Positions 62,279 through 64,000 of a DNA stretch of 64,000 nucleotides are shown here, piece by piece. The stretch is taken from NCBI GenBank assembly GCA_003353845.1, contig PIVT01000010.1, forward strand, positions 4,042 through 68,041, written 5' to 3'. Source of the DNA: Pseudomonadota bacterium. Lineage in GTDB: Bacteria; Myxococcota_A; UBA9160; JADFDR01. Every line of letters begins with the position of its first letter. Within the stretch, counting starts at the first letter, position 1. The notes below the pieces were generated by a model. That model saw only the letters and a list, made by a program, of their open reading frames with translations, had not been told where the DNA came from and made no database searches. The position numbers were made by a program, and so were the translations under genes.

Positions 62279-62926
62279 ATGTCAGCGCAAGAAATGGAGA
62301 AACTCAAAGAGGCTTTGCTCGATCTCAACAAAGCTGGCGTGTTGGAAGTGGTGAGCGCTACGGCCACTACGGCGGACCTCCAAGCAGCCAAGCTGGCAGT
62401 GGAAGCCATCGCAGGCGCTTTGCAAGTGGTTGGAAAGCGCTTCCAGGAGGGGGAGTGGTTTCTGGACGAACTCGTGTATTCGGGTGAGATTGCCAAACAG
62501 GCCATGGAGAAACTTTCACCGATTTTGTGTGATGAAACGCAGCCAACTCAAGGCTGTGTGGTGATCGGGACGGTCTTCGGGGATCTCCATGATTTGGGCA
62601 AGGATATTTTTATTAATTTCGCGACGAGTGCCGGTTTTAAAGTGATTGACTTGGGTGTCAATGTTTCGGTGGAAGCCTTTACCAAGGCAGTCCTGGAGCA
62701 TCAGCCGGTGGCGTTAGGGATTTCCTGCCTGCTCACCCCGGCTGCCGGTGGCATTCCACAGGTCATTCAAGACCTCGTTGAGAAAGGGGTTCGTGAGTCG
62801 CTAAAAATCATCGTTGGTGGCGCCGCACTTACAGAGAAGTTTTCACTCGAAGTGGGGGCGGATGCTTTTGCGCCTGACGCGGTTACGGGAACGGACATTA
62901 TTCGCGCTTGGAGTGAAGGACAGTGA
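62279..62926 (+). CDS. Cobalamin-binding corrinoid protein (MtaC/MtbC/MttC-like)
   Basis: It has a helical cap domain, then a B12-binding Rossmann domain with the DxHxxG motif (GDLHDLGKD), SxL (ISCLL) and GG (IIVGGAAL). Confidence 0.85.
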   Translation: MSAQEMEKLKEALLDLNKAGVLEVVSATATTADLQAAKLAVEAIAGALQVVGKRFQEGEWFLDELVYSGEIAKQAMEKLSPILCDETQPTQGCVVIGTVFGDLHDLGKDIFINFATSAGFKVIDLGVNVSVEAFTKAVLEHQPVALGISCLLTPAAGGIPQVIQDLVEKGVRESLKIIVGGAALTEKFSLEVGADAFAPDAVTGTDIIRAWSEGQ

Positions 62927-64000
62927 ATTTCAAGGAACGTATTCTGACTACCTTGAACCATGAAGAACCGGACCAGATCCCTGTCATGGGACTGATCATG
63001 GATCCCTCCACCGTGAGTCAAGTAACGGGAAAGAGCGCAACCAATATCGTAAATTTTCTGGACAAGCCTGTATTGGGCAAGGTGGCAAAAGGGCTGGTCA
63101 ATACCAACTGGTTTTGGAACCGGATGTATTACGGGAACTTTGCACTGGCCATGGAAAGCTCCATTCAACTGGGGTTCGATGCCAACTGGTCGATCTATGC
63201 CTTGATGAAACTCTATGAGGATCCCGCCTCCACCCTGGGAACGGCGATGCACGATGCCTACGGAAGAGTCTGGGAAATGGGCACCAATGATCGCGGCGAT
63301 CTATCCGTCGATTACAGTCGCGCACTGTGTCCCACCGAAGCCGAATGGGAAGCCTGGGTGGACGCGAAAGCTCCTCTCTTCGATCAGTTGGTAAAAAACG
63401 CGACGGGATTTCACAAGAAGCTGGCCGACAAGTATTCCCATCGAATCATGCCCATTGGCTACGCAGCTCCTGGGATCTTCGAAAATAGTTGGCAGGCCAT
63501 TGGTTTCGTCAACTTTACGAAACTTGTTTATGAGAACCCGGAGTTCGTCAAACGAGTTGTGGCATTTCAAACGGATCTTTACCTGCGCTATCTCGAAGGG
63601 GTAATGGACTCCGGTGTCGAGGTGGTTCTCGGTGGTGATGATTTGGGACAGAAAACGGGTCCGCTCATGCGTCCGGCATTGATCGACAAGTTTTTCGGAG
63701 AGAGCTATCGCCGCGTCGCTGAATTGGTGCACAGCCGAGGGCGAAAATTCATCTTTCACTCTTGCGGAAAGATCTATCAGTTCTTGGACATGTTTATTGA
63801 CTGGGGCTTTGATGGGATCATTACCATGGAACCCACAGCGGATATGGATCTCGCTCGCGTGCGAGAGCAGGTGGGGCATAAACTGGCACTGGTTGGGAAC
63901 CTCGATGTTTCTCATCTCCTGGTTCGAGGTTCGCACAAAGAGGTAGACCAAGCCGTGAGAGATGCCATTCGCGCGGCAGGGCCGGGCGGAGGCTACATCT
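62923..64000 (+). CDS. URO-D-family methyltransferase (MtaA/CmuA-like corrinoid methyltransferase), 3' end beyond window
   Basis: My own translation from the GTG at 62923 (overlapping the upstream TGA) gives VNFKERILTTLNHEEPDQIPVMGLIMDP...GGDDLGQKTGPLMRP...FIFHSCGKIYQFLD...ITMEPTADMD. The frame is open to base 64000. The HxCG motif and overall pattern match URO-D-like MT2 enzymes. This ORF is not in the supplied track. Confidence 0.75.
   Translation, partial: MNFKERILTTLNHEEPDQIPVMGLIMDPSTVSQVTGKSATNIVNFLDKPVLGKVAKGLVNTNWFWNRMYYGNFALAMESSIQLGFDANWSIYALMKLYEDPASTLGTAMHDAYGRVWEMGTNDRGDLSVDYSRALCPTEAEWEAWVDAKAPLFDQLVKNATGFHKKLADKYSHRIMPIGYAAPGIFENSWQAIGFVNFTKLVYENPEFVKRVVAFQTDLYLRYLEGVMDSGVEVVLGGDDLGQKTGPLMRPALIDKFFGESYRRVAELVHSRGRKFIFHSCGKIYQFLDMFIDWGFDGIITMEPTADMDLARVREQVGHKLALVGNLDVSHLLVRGSHKEVDQAVRDAIRAAGPGGGYI

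Noticed and set aside
63301-63951. A 216-aa minus-strand ORF.
   Set aside because: It lies entirely antisense to a plus-strand frame with clear URO-D methyltransferase features that is open from 62923 to the window end. It has no recognisable motifs and is a shadow ORF.
1-64000. A search for rRNA, tRNA, riboswitch (cobalamin), transposase/integrase, prophage or toxin-antitoxin signatures.
   Set aside because: None was recognised by eye in the intergenic regions or ORF translations. Small RNAs and riboswitches cannot be excluded without covariance-model searches (Infernal/Rfam, tRNAscan-SE).

Overview
This 64-kb window looks chromosomal and is densely coding, with about 60 protein genes. I recognised no rRNA, tRNA, CRISPR array, transposase or integrase. 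All calls rest on reading the ORF translations and the DNA by eye; no HMM or BLAST was run, so family names are motif-based and every start codon is provisional. The gene content points to a Gram-negative bacterium rich in c-type cytochromes that uses cobalamin and nickel, and is probably anaerobic or microaerophilic. The taxon cannot be assigned from the sequence alone.

Blocks from left to right:
- 0.4-5.7 kb: envelope genes, namely a fused membrane/spermidine-synthase-like protein, a thioredoxin-fold lipoprotein that lacks CXXC, and a PEP-CTERM protein.
- 5.7-9.9 kb: four translationally coupled genes, ResB-like, CcsA, a small membrane protein and a B12-binding radical SAM enzyme.
- 10-13 kb: a PhnD-like binding protein plus a hybrid histidine kinase whose periplasmic domain carries a CXXCH heme-c motif.
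- 16-23.4 kb: a second complete System II cytochrome c synthase (ResB/CcsA), convergent with an operon encoding a pentaheme cytochrome, a 3-TM heptaheme cytochrome, DsbB and DsbA.
- 23.8-28.4 kb: a visibly more A/T-rich block with an APH-like kinase, a sulfotransferase and an SDR-Gfo/Idh/MocA fusion.
- 28.6-29.5 kb: a NYN/OST-HTH protein, a hairpin and a 12-bp tandem repeat.
- 30.2-38.3 kb: the most unusual locus. It encodes a His-loop metal permease, a CooC-type ATPase, a truncated acetyl-CoA-synthase-like protein, an HGD-D alpha/beta pair and an HgdC-type activase. Divergent from these are a His-cluster mini-protein and a CooT-like protein, followed by a sigma54 enhancer-binding response regulator. 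No CODH or acyl-CoA genes are nearby.
- 38.5-54.4 kb: a redox island that looks steroid- or terpenoid-directed. It has a 3beta-HSD-like SDR, two KstD-like flavoproteins, an alpha/beta hydrolase, three LLM paralogs, a TetR regulator, two OYE/FadH/BaiCD-type enzymes, a SnoaL/KSI-like protein and a P450.
- 55-60.6 kb: an EIIA(Ntr)-like protein, a PII-like protein and two CPA antiporter paralogs, divergent from a KefB-type CPA2/RCK antiporter.
- 60.7-64 kb: a RACo-type corrinoid activase, a corrinoid protein and a URO-D (MtaA-like) methyltransferase. The last ORF runs off the window and is missing from the supplied ORF track.
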